Shown: piece after piece, positions 13,155 to 25,821 of the stretch
How the letters are laid out: each line of letters begins with the position of its first letter
Numbering within the stretch: the stretch's first letter is position 1
Assembly: GCF_037042905.1 (NCBI RefSeq)
Contig: NC_087246.1
Coordinates: 6,884,001 to 6,948,000, forward strand
Source: Lytechinus pictus
Lineage: Eukaryota
Direction: 5' to 3'
Length of the DNA: 64,000 nucleotides
The notes under the pieces: generated by a model
Seen by the model: the letters and a program-made list of their open reading frames with translations, nothing else
The model's database searches: none
What the model was told of the DNA's origin: nothing
Position numbers and translations under genes: made by a program

Positions 13155-15198
13155 ATGATGCACCCTAAATGCATAGTCCTGTATCCAGAAACACACTGCA
13201 GTCAATAAGCGTGAAGGCATGACTTGCATATATAAACATTTATGCACTCGCTATTGCCTACATCCTTGAACACATTTTATAATTGTGGATATCATATTCT
13301 TTCTTCTGCTAGCTTTGATATTCGTGATCAAAGAGACAATTTACAAATGGTCATAGAAGGCTATTCATTTTTCAAGATTTTCCAGAAGTCATTCTTAGTA
13401 TCATCTTTTTAGTCTTAACACAAGAACAGGAATTCTGCATTCAACATTCAGACTGATTAGAAGTGTAGGGAACCACTTCTATGACTGATCATAATTTCAA
13501 GCCAAGATCTATACAATGAACACCAAATGCAGAGGAACCACTATAGGTTAGATGGAATTCATCTATGCAAATCTCCAAACCGCCAGCTTATATTCTAATC
13601 TGGAGATTTCAAGGGCCCTATATGTAATTGCCCGCCGATAGCAAGATATCTGTGCTCCCTAGCGAAGAAGGATTTAAATTTAAGATGCCAGCCATATCAG
13701 TCATCCAGTAATACACAAGTTATTTATTTCTCTTGTGATATCCCCCTCCCTTTCTTTCTTTCATACTTTCTCATGTGTGTTTTGTATAGTTCTTGTGGTA
13801 TTTTACACCGTGATATTTTCATTTCGATTTTCATTGCATCAAACAGGTCCCTTGGTCTAATTATGAAGAGAGCAAGACCCCCTACAACATTTATTTATTT
13901 TCTTACTTGAGATAGGACTGAGTCAGATTAAAGACGTAAACCAGATGAACTAGCAAACCCAGAAACCTAACTATATTGATGAAATGGTCTTGGTCTGGTC
14001 TTGGTCAGACCCAAGGCACCTTTGCAACTGACCTCTTGTCTTCAAAATACTTGCATGTCAAATTGCAATACTTAGAGTTCAGACTAGGACTTTACTGGAC
14101 TCAAGACCGTACTCAAGACTGGCCTCAAGACTGGCCTTGAGTTCCCTATTTCTTGGGGCTCAGTCTCGTCCAATAGTTTTTTTCCCCCTTTTAAAAAAGA
14201 TCTCTTAATGATGAGCAATGTGTATTCAGTTCTTATAAGGAGTTGGCCTCATCATCTTTTGATTGGAAGATCCCCATCTGTACACCTACTCTACTTATTG
14301 AAGCATTACCATATTGAGAGAGCAATATTGACAGTTAAATCTAGCTGAATTAAACTAGGCTATCATATATGCTTCTCACAGATTCTCTATGAATAATGAT
14401 ATTTACCCATATTTTTCCATCAAACAACTCTCTCTTCCGGTTAAAGGGCAATAAGGTTATGTATTAATACCCATATTGTTGGGCTTATGTTGAGTAAAGT
14501 TCCCATTTTACCATATGATCGAAGAGGTGTTATTCTCCTTTAATTGAGCAGTGAGTGGAATAAACGTTGAAAATGCCATCTGAAGGGGAGAGGATAGAAA
14601 AGTACAGTCGATCAAATTAAATAAGCTTAAATAATCAATGAAAAAATGAAGTAAATGCCACAATATTGTTTTGCATATAAGTGAAATGTTTTCTTTCATC
14701 GTGCCTTTTTAAAAAACTCAATCCATTGGTCGATGGCAGAATATGATAATTTATTCACTCAAAGTGGGGAGGAGAGTGGTGTAATATTAAGCTTTAAGCC
14801 AGGAAAATCCCCTTTCCAGGCAAATAGGTATATTAAAATCTCTGCTAAGATCTCTATCCTAGCTTTTACTCTGCTATTTACAATTCATATGGATTATGGA
14901 AAGAGAAATATTCTAGGTAATATTAGACAAAGAAATACTGTCAAGCATCAGCTATATTAGATATGTCGGATTAGAGCTGTTCCTTCACCCCCTCCCTATT
15001 CCTCGACACCCCCTTCCTCCCAGAGGTCCCCATGAGGACAATTGAATATATTCATATCTACTACTGATTTCTAGTTTCATCTTTCTAAAGATATGCTTCC
15101 ATCTTTTTTAAAGAAAACATTCATGTTTTTTTTGTCTTGTTCTGTGATACTGTATTTTGTGTTCCAATTCTCTTTTAAAATTTGTTCTTTCTGATTAA

Positions 15199-15563
15199 GG
15201 CCCCTGTCCACTATGCTGATTTTGCTATGATTCTGCAAACCTTCAGATCGGCAAGATCAGGGAAAAATGAAGCCTGTTACCAAATGAACAGGGTATTAAG
15301 TATGTCCGCGTGCTGCTGTTAGTACTTCGCCCGCTTCCCGCACAATTTAAAATGGGCTTTTTTATCAGGAAGTTCGGCATGAAATTTCTAACATGTTCAA
15401 AATTTTTAGCCAATCAGACCGATCTGAATGAAGTGCCCACTGTTACCCTGTCCTCACAACGTTATTATATTCCTACCGATTTCAAATGATTCTTATCCTG
15501 CCCTCCGCCGATCTAATAATTGGGACGGATCAGGGTTTCACGTCAGGATAATGGAATGGCCCC
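15199..15563. mobile_element. Degenerate MITE (possibly Harbinger-like)
   Basis: taa-ggcccctgtccactatgctga versus tcaggataatggaatggcccct-tta, an imperfect inverted pair. Confidence 0.35.
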
Positions 15564-16585
15564 TTTATATTCAAGAGGACTGAATAAAAAAATAAAAAAA
15601 AAGATATTTACCATGTATACTTGCTACTCTGCTGATTCTACTCATACAGTGTGACAATATTTGAACCTATGCTCTTCCAGTTCAAGTGCAGATCTCTATA
15701 CCACTAACCCTCCACACTTCCGTCTAGGAAGTTAATGTAGAAGAGCCGTTATATTGTGACCCATTGATTAACAACCATGCATGTATTGATGGGGCATTGC
15801 TCTTGTATTATGAGCCTACCGCGAAGTCATATTATACAGCCGATGATATATTGGGATTTCTTAACAAGATTCAATCAACTCCAATTTCACCTATTAGGCT
15901 CAGTTCTAATTGATTTAATCTGCAAGTTATTGCTGCAGCCATGTACAGCATAGCGCAAGAGGCTTAATTGATACTGTGTGGGTAAGATGAGCTAATTGTG
16001 TGCCATGGAGCAAACTCTTTTATCAGCCGGTTAATTTGGCTTACTTTAATTCAGGCAGACTGTTATTTCTCGAGCCTGAATTAGCTTTTGATTAAATTAC
16101 GACAGCTAATCAGGGGTTTATTGCATTTAATTCTGCACAATGAGTATTTGTGCACTCCAGACGTGTTGGCACTAAATGTTTAGTTTCGCTTGCTCTTTTG
16201 CGATCATAGTGGAGGCCTGTTTTTATTGATTATGATAAATGGTATGAATCAAATGCCTGCCTCTATATTACGAATATGGCCTCATTGGATCAATTAAGAT
16301 CATTCATACCAGAAAGGTCATATTAGTCCAATGTAATGTAATGTATATCTTTACAAATTGAATGAATTATACACAGTAGACTTTACAATCACATGCCAAA
16401 GTTTTGTATGCTGCATTATTAATTGACTGTCTATTAGGTTTGGACATAAATCATTCTGATCATGTTTGTCATTAATACTGGAGTTAGTAGTGTGTTACCT
16501 TTTCCAAATGTGAAGCATTGTGTGTACAGTAGCTATAATTCTATCATTTATCCTGTTCTTACATCACCACCCATAGTACACTTAT

Positions 16586-16750
16586 ACCGTTTCAGGGAAA
16601 CTGGTTTGAAAGATCCTCTTCGCTAGCATTCCTATCTGATCGCCGAAAGTGGTTTTCAGAAAACCACTTCATGGAAAGCGATCTTTTTGCTATAGGAACA
16701 CTCTCAGTTTTGTGTGAAATTTGAAACCGCAGCATAGGCATTCTACATAC
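16586..16750 (-). mobile_element. Internal fragment of the 32120-32564 MITE family, inverted
   Basis: cgaaagtggttttca and gtgaaatttgaaaccgcagcataggcattctaca are reverse complements of sequence within about 32350-32525. Confidence 0.8.
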
Positions 16751-17304
16751 AACAGTTTTTATAATAAACTCATAAACTCTCCCTTTGATGAAGCGAACCC
16801 CCCCCCCCCAAAAAAAAAATGAAGCTGGTTATGAAAATCTGTAGACAAACATTATATTGATGAATTCCTTAAGTCTGTAGACATATTTGCTAAGTGCTAA
16901 GCATATGAAAATGTGGTGACATCAAACATATTGATGGATTCCTCATTTAATGAGAAATCTTTGTGGAAATGTTTGCTAGACCGGCTTCACTATCACAGCA
17001 AACATTTCAAATGGATCTCACACTGTAATTGAACATTCAGGTGAAAAAGATAAAGAGATTTGTCACAGACAGATCTAGCAGATGACATGGAAATTTAACA
17101 ATTTGCAGGAGGTAAATATGTACTGATCTATTAAGTCAACAATAATCAGAGATATAAAATATTTGAACTGAATCATCTGGATTTTATCATATGTTGATAA
17201 TTCAATAATAATATCACGTTCATGGACAGTCTCTGAGGCATTACATATTACATATTCGGAATTCTCAACTTCGTTTTCTTTTTTGTGTCTTGTTTATTTT
17301 GCAG

Positions 17305-17334
17305 TGTGACAGTGAAAGCGATCAGGACACTCAT
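17305..17334 (+). CDS. AUTS2: 30-nt internal coding mini-exon (CDSESDQDTH) of a probable AUTS2/FBRSL1-family gene, equivalent to vertebrate AUTS2 exon 5
   Basis: Acceptor ttcgttttcttttttgtgtcttgtttattttgcag, then TGT GAC AGT GAA AGC GAT CAG GAC ACT CAT, then donor gtaagt. Length 30 nt, read as phase 0/0. The peptide resembles the recalled human AUTS2 exon 5 peptide CDSDSDQEEK (same length, 6/10 identical). Only 10 aa are available, so gene identity is less certain than exon status. Confidence 0.72.
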
Positions 17335-18287
17335 GTAAGTACACTACTTTATGATCTGATAAGAGACATAGATAAAAGGGGATGGAGGGGGTAGTTACCA
17401 AGCTACAATGATTAAAAAGAAATATTTCATGTCCCATGTGTATCCCCCCCTTCCATACCCTTCTCATTCCCCTCCCTCAATTTGAAAGGAATGTGCAAAT
17501 GTCTATTTACACTAATTTGAAGATTTGATGATTTTTATGAATAAGAAAAATGATTAATTGCATATAATAAATAATTAATGTTAGTGTCGTATCTTTCCTT
17601 TCCCTTGATATCTCTATTGTGAATATTGTGTTAATTTTACCCGTTTTTTATTAATACCTATGTATATGTTATTGATATGGTAATGCAGAATTCATATTTA
17701 TTCAGACAATTTTTAGTCATTTTATTATCACCACAATTATATTTTCCTCTCATGATTGGTTTTCTGTATTCAAATTTCTGTAATTGAAAAGGCCTAATTC
17801 TGAGCTAAATAAAAGCTAACAAGGAAGGATAATGATCAATTACAGTCCACTAATCATCAATTATTATGGGCATAGTCCATTGGTAATCAATGCTTTTGTC
17901 AGACTGACCATGTATGCTCAGGCCACACATTATACAATTTGTCATATGTGCACTAATTAGAGTTGATATAAAATTGATCAATTAGGTTATTTGGGCATTG
18001 ATTTTATGATTCTTGTGACTACTGTGAAATCAGTTGATGAAGGTCAGATTTGATGAGCTCTAATAAGCCAGATGATTCACCATATTCAACAACTGCTAAT
18101 ATGGCTTGTGAATATTGTTGCTTTAAACAAAATTTGTATCTACTTAGGGCTTTGTCGTCAGTTGATTTATTTGCAGCTGATATTGATGGTGGTGGTTTGA
18201 GGGGAAATAATGACCTTGCTCAAAAAGCGTGATTATGTTTCCAGTGAGAAATGATGGCAAGGTCTTCTGTTGAAGTGATTTTTTTAA

Positions 18288-18958
18288 AGGGGAATTTCAC
18301 CCTGACAAAAAGTTTATTGTAAAGATAGCAGAAAAATAATGACAATATTGCCGGAGGTTTGAGAAAAATCCATCAAAGAATAAAAAAGTTGTTAGAATTT
18401 TAATTATTTGATTAATGATGGCATATGTGAGCAGCTTCCCTACATATCAAATGGCAAAAAAATCAATGAAATGTCATTTTCTCAAAACAAATTAAAATGG
18501 ATTTTACTGTACCTTCAGTATATCAATAGACAATTTCACACCTCTTCCTAAAAAGAAAACAAAAACATCACAGACCATTAAAAGATGAAATTTATGCTTA
18601 CATAACATATGGGGCAGCTGTTCGTTAAAGATGTCACAAATCCTAATAACTTTAGTACTCTTTATAGAAAATAGTGTATGTTATGTGGACAACATGTAAA
18701 AAGAATGAATGTACATGTATGTAAAAGATTGTATGTAAGTATGTAAAAGAGTTATGTAAAATAACTTGATTCCTTATTGTTTTGTTTATATTATGAAATA
18801 AAGGTTCTTTTTTATTCTCTGGAATAAAAAGGAAAGAAAGAAAAAGAACAAAAAAACTCTCTTAATTTTTAATGGATTTTCCTCAACCTTCACAAATATT
18901 TTTCTTTATTATTTCCGCTATTTTTAAAACTAACTTTTCTTTAATGTGAACTTCCCCT
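18288..18958. mobile_element. Kolobok/T2-type MITE with TTAA TSD
   Basis: ttaa|aggggaatttcac ... gtgaacttcccct|ttaa. Imperfect inverted arms of about 100 bp. Internal ATGTA-rich low-complexity stretch. Confidence 0.85.
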
Positions 18959-21900
18959 TTAAGGACATTCAATGGGTGAGATATTTGTGGACTTTAAAAC
19001 CACCTGGGTATAAGCCTAATCTAGAGAAGGTTCAATTGATGCCAGTATCCCAAAGCTTTCATTATTATGACAATTCATTTCTGCAATTGAAGGCTGTCGA
19101 TAAGAAGGTCTGGTTTGTTCTTCAGTTCCAAAGAGATCGATGATTGAATTGAGTCATGTTTAGTTTGAGAGCACATTAAGAAGTGATGGAGATGGTAGGC
19201 AGACATGTGAGATTATGAGAAATAAGTCCTTAATCAAACACGAGAAGGAAAATCAATTTTTCATTCAGCTTGAAAAGACAGGTGTTTGTTGATTTAGCCA
19301 ATTCCATCAGGCAATGTGTGTCTTTGAAGCATGGACGATTGATTAGCAGCAAAGATTCAAAGGTGTTTTAGGTGAGAATTGGGGAAGAGTTGCCTCCGAC
19401 ATTTGCCAGCCTTTGAATAATTTCTTCTTGTTTTGGCCAGGTGAGAGGATGAACTCTTTGAGTCAGGGAACCATAGGGAAATTGATTTAGTAGAGATACA
19501 GCATTGCCATGTAAGGTGCAATCTTGGTAAAGTGCAGACAATAGTAATTGTATCTCCCACCATATTTCATCTCCATCTCTTTTCGGTGGCATTATATTCT
19601 GACGTTTCACTCCCACGGGTGATAGGAATGGCGTGAACCCTTAAATGCATTTGTATCAAATTGGAGACAAATTGGAAGGCGGACGTAATGCCCCCAAAAG
19701 AGAATTGTGCAGCAGCCGTTTCATGCGCCACAAATGAAGTGGATGAAATCGGCGAAGCAGCTAACACGCAGTCAGAAATCTTTCGATATTGATCGTAAAG
19801 GAATGGTGGTGTTTCCTCCTACTTCTTTCTCTCTCTTTTGATTTTTTTTCCATTTCCATGCCTCCTCTTTCTTCCTACCTTGAAGCAGAAGAGGAAGAAA
19901 TAACACCATTTAAGCGTCTGCCGCCCCCTACAGCTCTTGGCGTTTACGATCGACCCTGAACGCTTGGCTGCATTGGGGAGAGAGAGAAAGTGAAAGAGAG
20001 TTGGACAAGAAGAGTGGAAAATATTTGTCTATTCATACGGACCAGTGGAACTCTTATGCGGATGCGATCAGAGGGAAAATGCGATCAATAGAACTGATGC
20101 TTAATGGTTCACAGCCCGCTGCATGCATTTGATTGAGATGCACGTCTCTGCTTTTAGTCTTGTCTTCCCGCTGTGTTCCAGACTTCAAAGACAACCATTC
20201 CACTGGTTTGTTCTAGTGTTTCTATATATCAAAATGCAGGTTGTCCTGTCCACTCTTCAAACCCTATGGTACTTGTAGATTGTCATTCTCTTTTATTCAT
20301 ATTCATCCAGATATTTCATGAAGAAATCACTAGATTGATTTCATACCATTGTCTTTCACTTCCAGTCATCTTTGTCCATGTATTTCATGAGTCTCCTTGT
20401 TTCATCAACAAAACTGATGCCAGACCCATCAAAACTATTTTGTACTCTTTTGTTCATACTTTTGGTTTGGAATTTGTTTCATTGGATTGACTGCGGACAT
20501 GAGTTTCCTTTCATAAAGAATGCCTGATATTATTATGATAAATATAGGAACCATTTTTGCCACTCCACCCCACCCCCCTTCATTATTCTAAGCCCACATG
20601 TGGTACACTTCACAGTGTCTCTCTTGATATGAAATCATAGAAATCAAGCAAGCCAGGAATCAAATACTAGGTATTGATTAATATTGATTCTGTGTGCTAT
20701 TTCCCTGCCAATTTCCATTCAAGCATCCACAATCTTTGTATGCAGCCTCCAATCATAGACATGCTGGGCAGCCTTGCAGCGAGTATTCTGAAAATTTAGT
20801 TGATTTTGCAAGGGAGAGAAAAATTAATTAATTGGGAAGGAAAATAGTCTCTGGGGAATATTGAATTGTGATCCTTGTCTGACATATTTGATAGCGCTGT
20901 TACCTTGGGTAAATCTAGAAGTTTGATGTGAATTTCTTTCGACTCATAATGAGTTATCTCTGAAGAGATAGAACACCAGGAAGCTATTAAAGTGATGAAA
21001 TCGCTGTTTTCAATATTACTTCTTTGTGTATGACAAGCATATACAATGTTATAAATCTAGGTCTGTTATTCAAAATGTAATTATATTGTTTCCTTTCTTT
21101 CCATTAAATTTCCAGTGTATTACACTATTCATGATAAGTGAATGAATTACGCTTGGTTTTCCTCTATGACAAGTATTTTGTAAGGTTATGATGATTGATA
21201 ATATTTACAAATAGCCACCATTATTCATTATTGAAAAAATACTACAACTCAACTGATAGGATTATAAACAGTGTTGGCAATCTGTCCTGTTCCCCTGTAG
21301 GTTTAAATGAAGGATGTTCTATTAAATTACACTTACAATGAATGACACTCTTTTCATGCCATCCCTCTTGTCTTGATAAAATGATGAATCAAGAGCCATT
21401 CATCAAAATATATCCATCTAAAGCATGCAAAAAATAGGTCTTTTGTGGCGTGCTAATCAAGGCTCAATTTATATGATTGTTGCTCCGGGATGTACATTGT
21501 AAAAAGCTTTTTCTCTTCCAGGCATAATCACAGAAAAAGGTTTTATTTGCCAAGCACCAATTATAAAGCAATGTCGAACATGAAGACGGCTACAAAATCT
21601 AGAACGAAGGGCCAAATCTCCTGTGTAAGGAGTAAGGCAGGATGGGTGTGTGTGTGTGTGAGTGAGATGTGGAAGAAAGATTGTATGTGATTGTGAGTTT
21701 GCTAAGGGGCATGTTTTAGTGATGTATTTTCTCAATCTGTGGAGAACTTGGCTCAATGACCCACAGGGTTGGAGATCAGAGCGAGTTTCTCTTTTCTCTC
21801 ATATTGTTACACTCGTTTTCATCTGGGGATCTGGTGGAGATGCTTTATTAGAGAAACCTATGCGCTGGGAGGCATGTCGTGGATCCATTGTGAATAACGT

Positions 21901-22301
21901 GGGGCAAGAGAGGAAAACATTTCAGTAGAAATCCTATTGATTGAAGCCTAAGCCATAGCAGCCGGCCCGTGTGCCACTGAGCACTGAAACGACAACCGTG
22001 CAGCAGTTGGCAATAAATTATTTTCTCTCCTATTCTTTCCACGCTTTCCCCTCGAGAAGAAAGTGAGGAAAAAAAGATCCCTTTCTGTTAGAAACCGAAG
22101 CATGACGGCTTTAACAAATCATTATTTCATAGGGAGGAGGTCGGTGTTGAGTTACCCGCAGCCCATGTACGGTGCCTCCCGGCGGGGCAAACGATACCAA
22201 CGTTGGGAGTAACAGGCATACGCTTGCAAGAGTGTCTCTTTCCTTTCTAGCGGCAGGCAGATAGCGGTACAGTGCTGCCATCTTTTTCCCCTTCTCTGTA
22301 G

Positions 22302-22383
22302 GTCTTTCATCTGCCTTCTTACCCTTAAAGGCAGTGAAATAGTAGCTATTATGACAGGTCGGTAGCCGAATCCCTCCCTCGAG
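22302..22383 (+). other. Candidate 82-nt non-coding, poison or 5'UTR exon
   Basis: Acceptor tctttttccccttctctgtag|G and donor GAG|gtaagc. Lies in a GC-richer non-repetitive island. In frame 0 it reads VFHLPSYP* (TAA 22326-22328). Confidence 0.45.
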
Positions 22384-24028
22384 GTAAGCCTACACCGTCA
22401 TGGCTTTTCTCAATACAGTGTACCTCCGTCCCCCCGGATTTACTCCCTCGTGGGTCCCACTTTGTCAGGGCAGAGTTATATCTCTGAGGCAACAATAGCG
22501 GCTTCCTGTGCTGCGAGCTGGACTTCCTGACTCAAATCAAGTCGCTGTTTACTCAACTCCGTCGACAAATTCATCCAAATTCTGCCTGTCCAAGCATTTA
22601 ACACGTTTTAAAATGTTGCTGTGAATTCTTTTTTGGGTTGAGACTGCGAATGTGTGTCATCATAGCACTCCCTTGCTCTTCTCGCATCCATCAATTCTTG
22701 TTTGCCTGGGTAGTAGAGAAGAGTTCCTTTGGTATCATCATCACGCATCATTAAGGCCTGCCTGTCCTGTCAATCCATGTCAGATAATTGCCTTTTTTCT
22801 CCCGCCTGCTTGCCTGCCTGCCTGCGTGGTCTACGTACCTCTATTCTTATATTATTCTTGCTACCTCTATTAGGTTTTCTCTGCTTTCTCTTTATCCAGC
22901 CGCGGGCAGTGTTTTCGTTACATCTCATTCACCGTTCTCCAAGCTGTTTCTCTTTCCACTTCTGTTCCTGTTTTCTCTGCTTTTCTTTTGCCTGGTCATT
23001 CTAACAGTTGCATTCACTCCCTCTGCATTATTCATAGATTTGACCTACTAGTGAGGATTACACCTATATTTCTTATTTCCTTCTTTCTGCTTATTTATGA
23101 ATGCATCCTTCATTTATATTTCATTTGAAATCTTTCTCTTGCGATCAAATTATAAATTATAGCATGCCAGCTGTTGCTTTTGGAGCAGATTCCATAATGA
23201 TGTTAAATATTCAACATCACAAGACTGGGAGTAGGTGATAATAATGAAACAGCCTATGGACAGAGTGTGTTTAGGACCCTTTTCTTTCAATTGCTGATTG
23301 ACTGTGATTGCTTTTCTCAGCATCCACCACAAACGAGCTCAATCTGTAGAAGCTTTGCCACGCGGAAGAAGACAAATTTGGACAAATTATGTCATCATTC
23401 CACAAAATTATAAACCGCGATGATCAGTGAGGGTTGAAACCGTCCATCTCCCAGCCTGCCTTCACCATCTGACAAATTTGCCATTTAGCCATTCATCAAC
23501 CACTATTAAGCGCACCGAGGCAAATAACACAACTCAAGTCCATGTCTGTAAATGAAAATGCACTATAAGCCTGTCGTTTAATGTCCCTACCATGCATATA
23601 GCTTGAAGGTTAGACTTGGAATATGCACTGTGAGTTCCCCTTATTTCTGTCGTATTGGGCATTTGTTGTCGGAGATGGAACGAAATGACATTGCAAACCC
23701 TCATTTATTCATGAGGTCAATAGAACCGAACGATGATGGGAGTTTGTCCAATTTGGAGGTAATTGCACTTAATTGGCGCATTGCGACGACTATTATGCTT
23801 CATATCAGTCTTGCAAGGATAGCAATTATATCCATAATAACCACTCAGTAGCCCCTTTTCATGTTCAGTTCTCTTTTAAAAGTAGACAAGGTCTACTATA
23901 CAGTCATTCTGTTTATCTCATTTGAAATGAGCATTTTGATGAATGTTTTGCTACCCTTTCAATTTTCAGTTGTTTTATAGCTTGTATCTGATCTGATCCG
24001 TCTGCCAAAGGTTTTCAACTGAAATTTT

Positions 24029-24386
24029 CAGGGTTCCTAGCCCATCAGGGAAATCAAGGAAATCTATTTTACAGTTTTCCTGTCAGGGAAAAATCAGGGA
24101 ATTTGATTTTAAAAAATACATCAAATCATGGGAAAATGCCTCAAATGAGGGAAAAATCAGGGAATTTTGATCAGCCCCAAAGTCAAAAGCACGGTAGTCA
24201 GTCAGACTTTGTTATATTGTGTTGCGTATCAGAATAAAATCCATTGAATGACTGGTTATGGTGGTATTAAATTAGTTTTTATACTAAAAATACATGTAAT
24301 TCACTGTAACAACTTAGAAAACATGCAAAATAATTTTCAGGGAAAACTCAAGGGATTTTAGTTTTCTTGTAAAACTGGGAACCCTG
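24029..24386. mobile_element. hAT-like MITE
   Basis: TIRs cagggttcc / ggaaccctg and multiple internal (aaa)tcagggaa motifs. No intact TSD. Confidence 0.7.
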
Positions 24387-25711
24387 AATCATAGAGACTT
24401 TACCTGCCACTTAATGATAATGTAAATTGATGTACTAAAACAACAACTATTGCTATTGTACAAAGAATCTGAAGAGTGATCTTGTTAAAGTGTCTCCAAA
24501 AGGCAATTGATCATCTATCTAAAAAGAATATATTTTTAAATCATTTTTTTTTCCATTGTCATCCATGTCTATTTACTCACATACCTCCATGAAAAAGTAA
24601 GTTCAAGTTTTTTAAAACAAATCGTGTGAGTTAGTATAATCACCAGGGTTATACATCATATAGCATTGAATTATAAAATTTCTAAACTTCTGCAATTTTT
24701 GCATTTTCATTAAAATTGAAAGTCAATGGTTGTATAGTAATATATTGGTTTATAACATTAGTCAGATTTTACCTAAGTCGTAAGTCTCCTTTATACTTGC
24801 TTTATATTAACAGATTTCTCCTTATGGAGCCATATTGATGGCACACATTGCTATGACTGCGACATATTTTTCTTATATGTCTGAAGATTTTATTTTTAGT
24901 AATCAACTCTCTACGTACCACACCCTTTCAATGTTACATGAGGAATAGTGTTTGAATTTCATACTTTCTTTCCATCTATTGTCTACCACAATTGCAAATC
25001 AATAAAATTGGTTATTTAAAATCAGATGGATTAAAAAAAAAAAAAAGATAATAGACTTAGTAACTATGAGAACCCCATTCCCTTCTCATCATAATGTAGT
25101 ATCCGGCATTATCTGGTTAGGGCTCCATTATTCCAAGAATAAAGTTAGAAAAAAAAAAGAATTACTCTCTCCAGACATTCATCTTGGATGCTCATTGCAG
25201 AGAAAATTGATGTACTATATTAGGTAGAGAAAGTTATTAGATGGTTAAGTAAATTTAGATTCATGGTATGGCAAATTAGGGATCTAGAATGATCCTCTAT
25301 ATCTTTATTGAAAATTCAAACATCCTTTCATCTGTTGATTTGTAGATAATCATTGCATTTTCTCAAAAACATTTTCCATGCCAGCTTGAGGATGATACAA
25401 CATAACCAATTTAAGTTTCAAAGAGATGTGGATACCATTTCTGCTTTGATGGAATTAGTTTCTCATCATCTAAAGGAAATGAAGAGTAAGTCAGGGAATA
25501 TGTTGTAACTTTATTGAACCAAAAGCTAGGATTACAAGTATACCCATATCCCAAGTAATGCAATCCCAAATAGGGCAAATAAAGTCGCTTAATCAAACAA
25601 TTAAGCCCATAAATGGCATGCGATTTGCCTATTATACATGGAATCAGCATTGATATATCAGACTGTTGACAAAAAAAGAGAATCTGGATGAGGCACAGTA
25701 ATAAAATTATT

Positions 25712-25821
25712 TTGAGAGAGAAAGAAAAGAAGAAGAGATAGAAAGATAGGAGGAGAATAGAGAGGGGGAGAGAAAGAGGTTGAGTGGAGAGTGAGAAGGG
25801 ATAGAAGAGAAAGAGGAAGAA
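25712..25821. repeat. GA-rich polypurine low-complexity tract
   Basis: About 110 nt composed almost only of A and G on the + strand. Confidence 0.85.

Noticed and set aside
13850..14170. Scattered caagac/gtcttg motifs
   Set aside because: Probably a highly decayed repeat, but ends and family cannot be defined.
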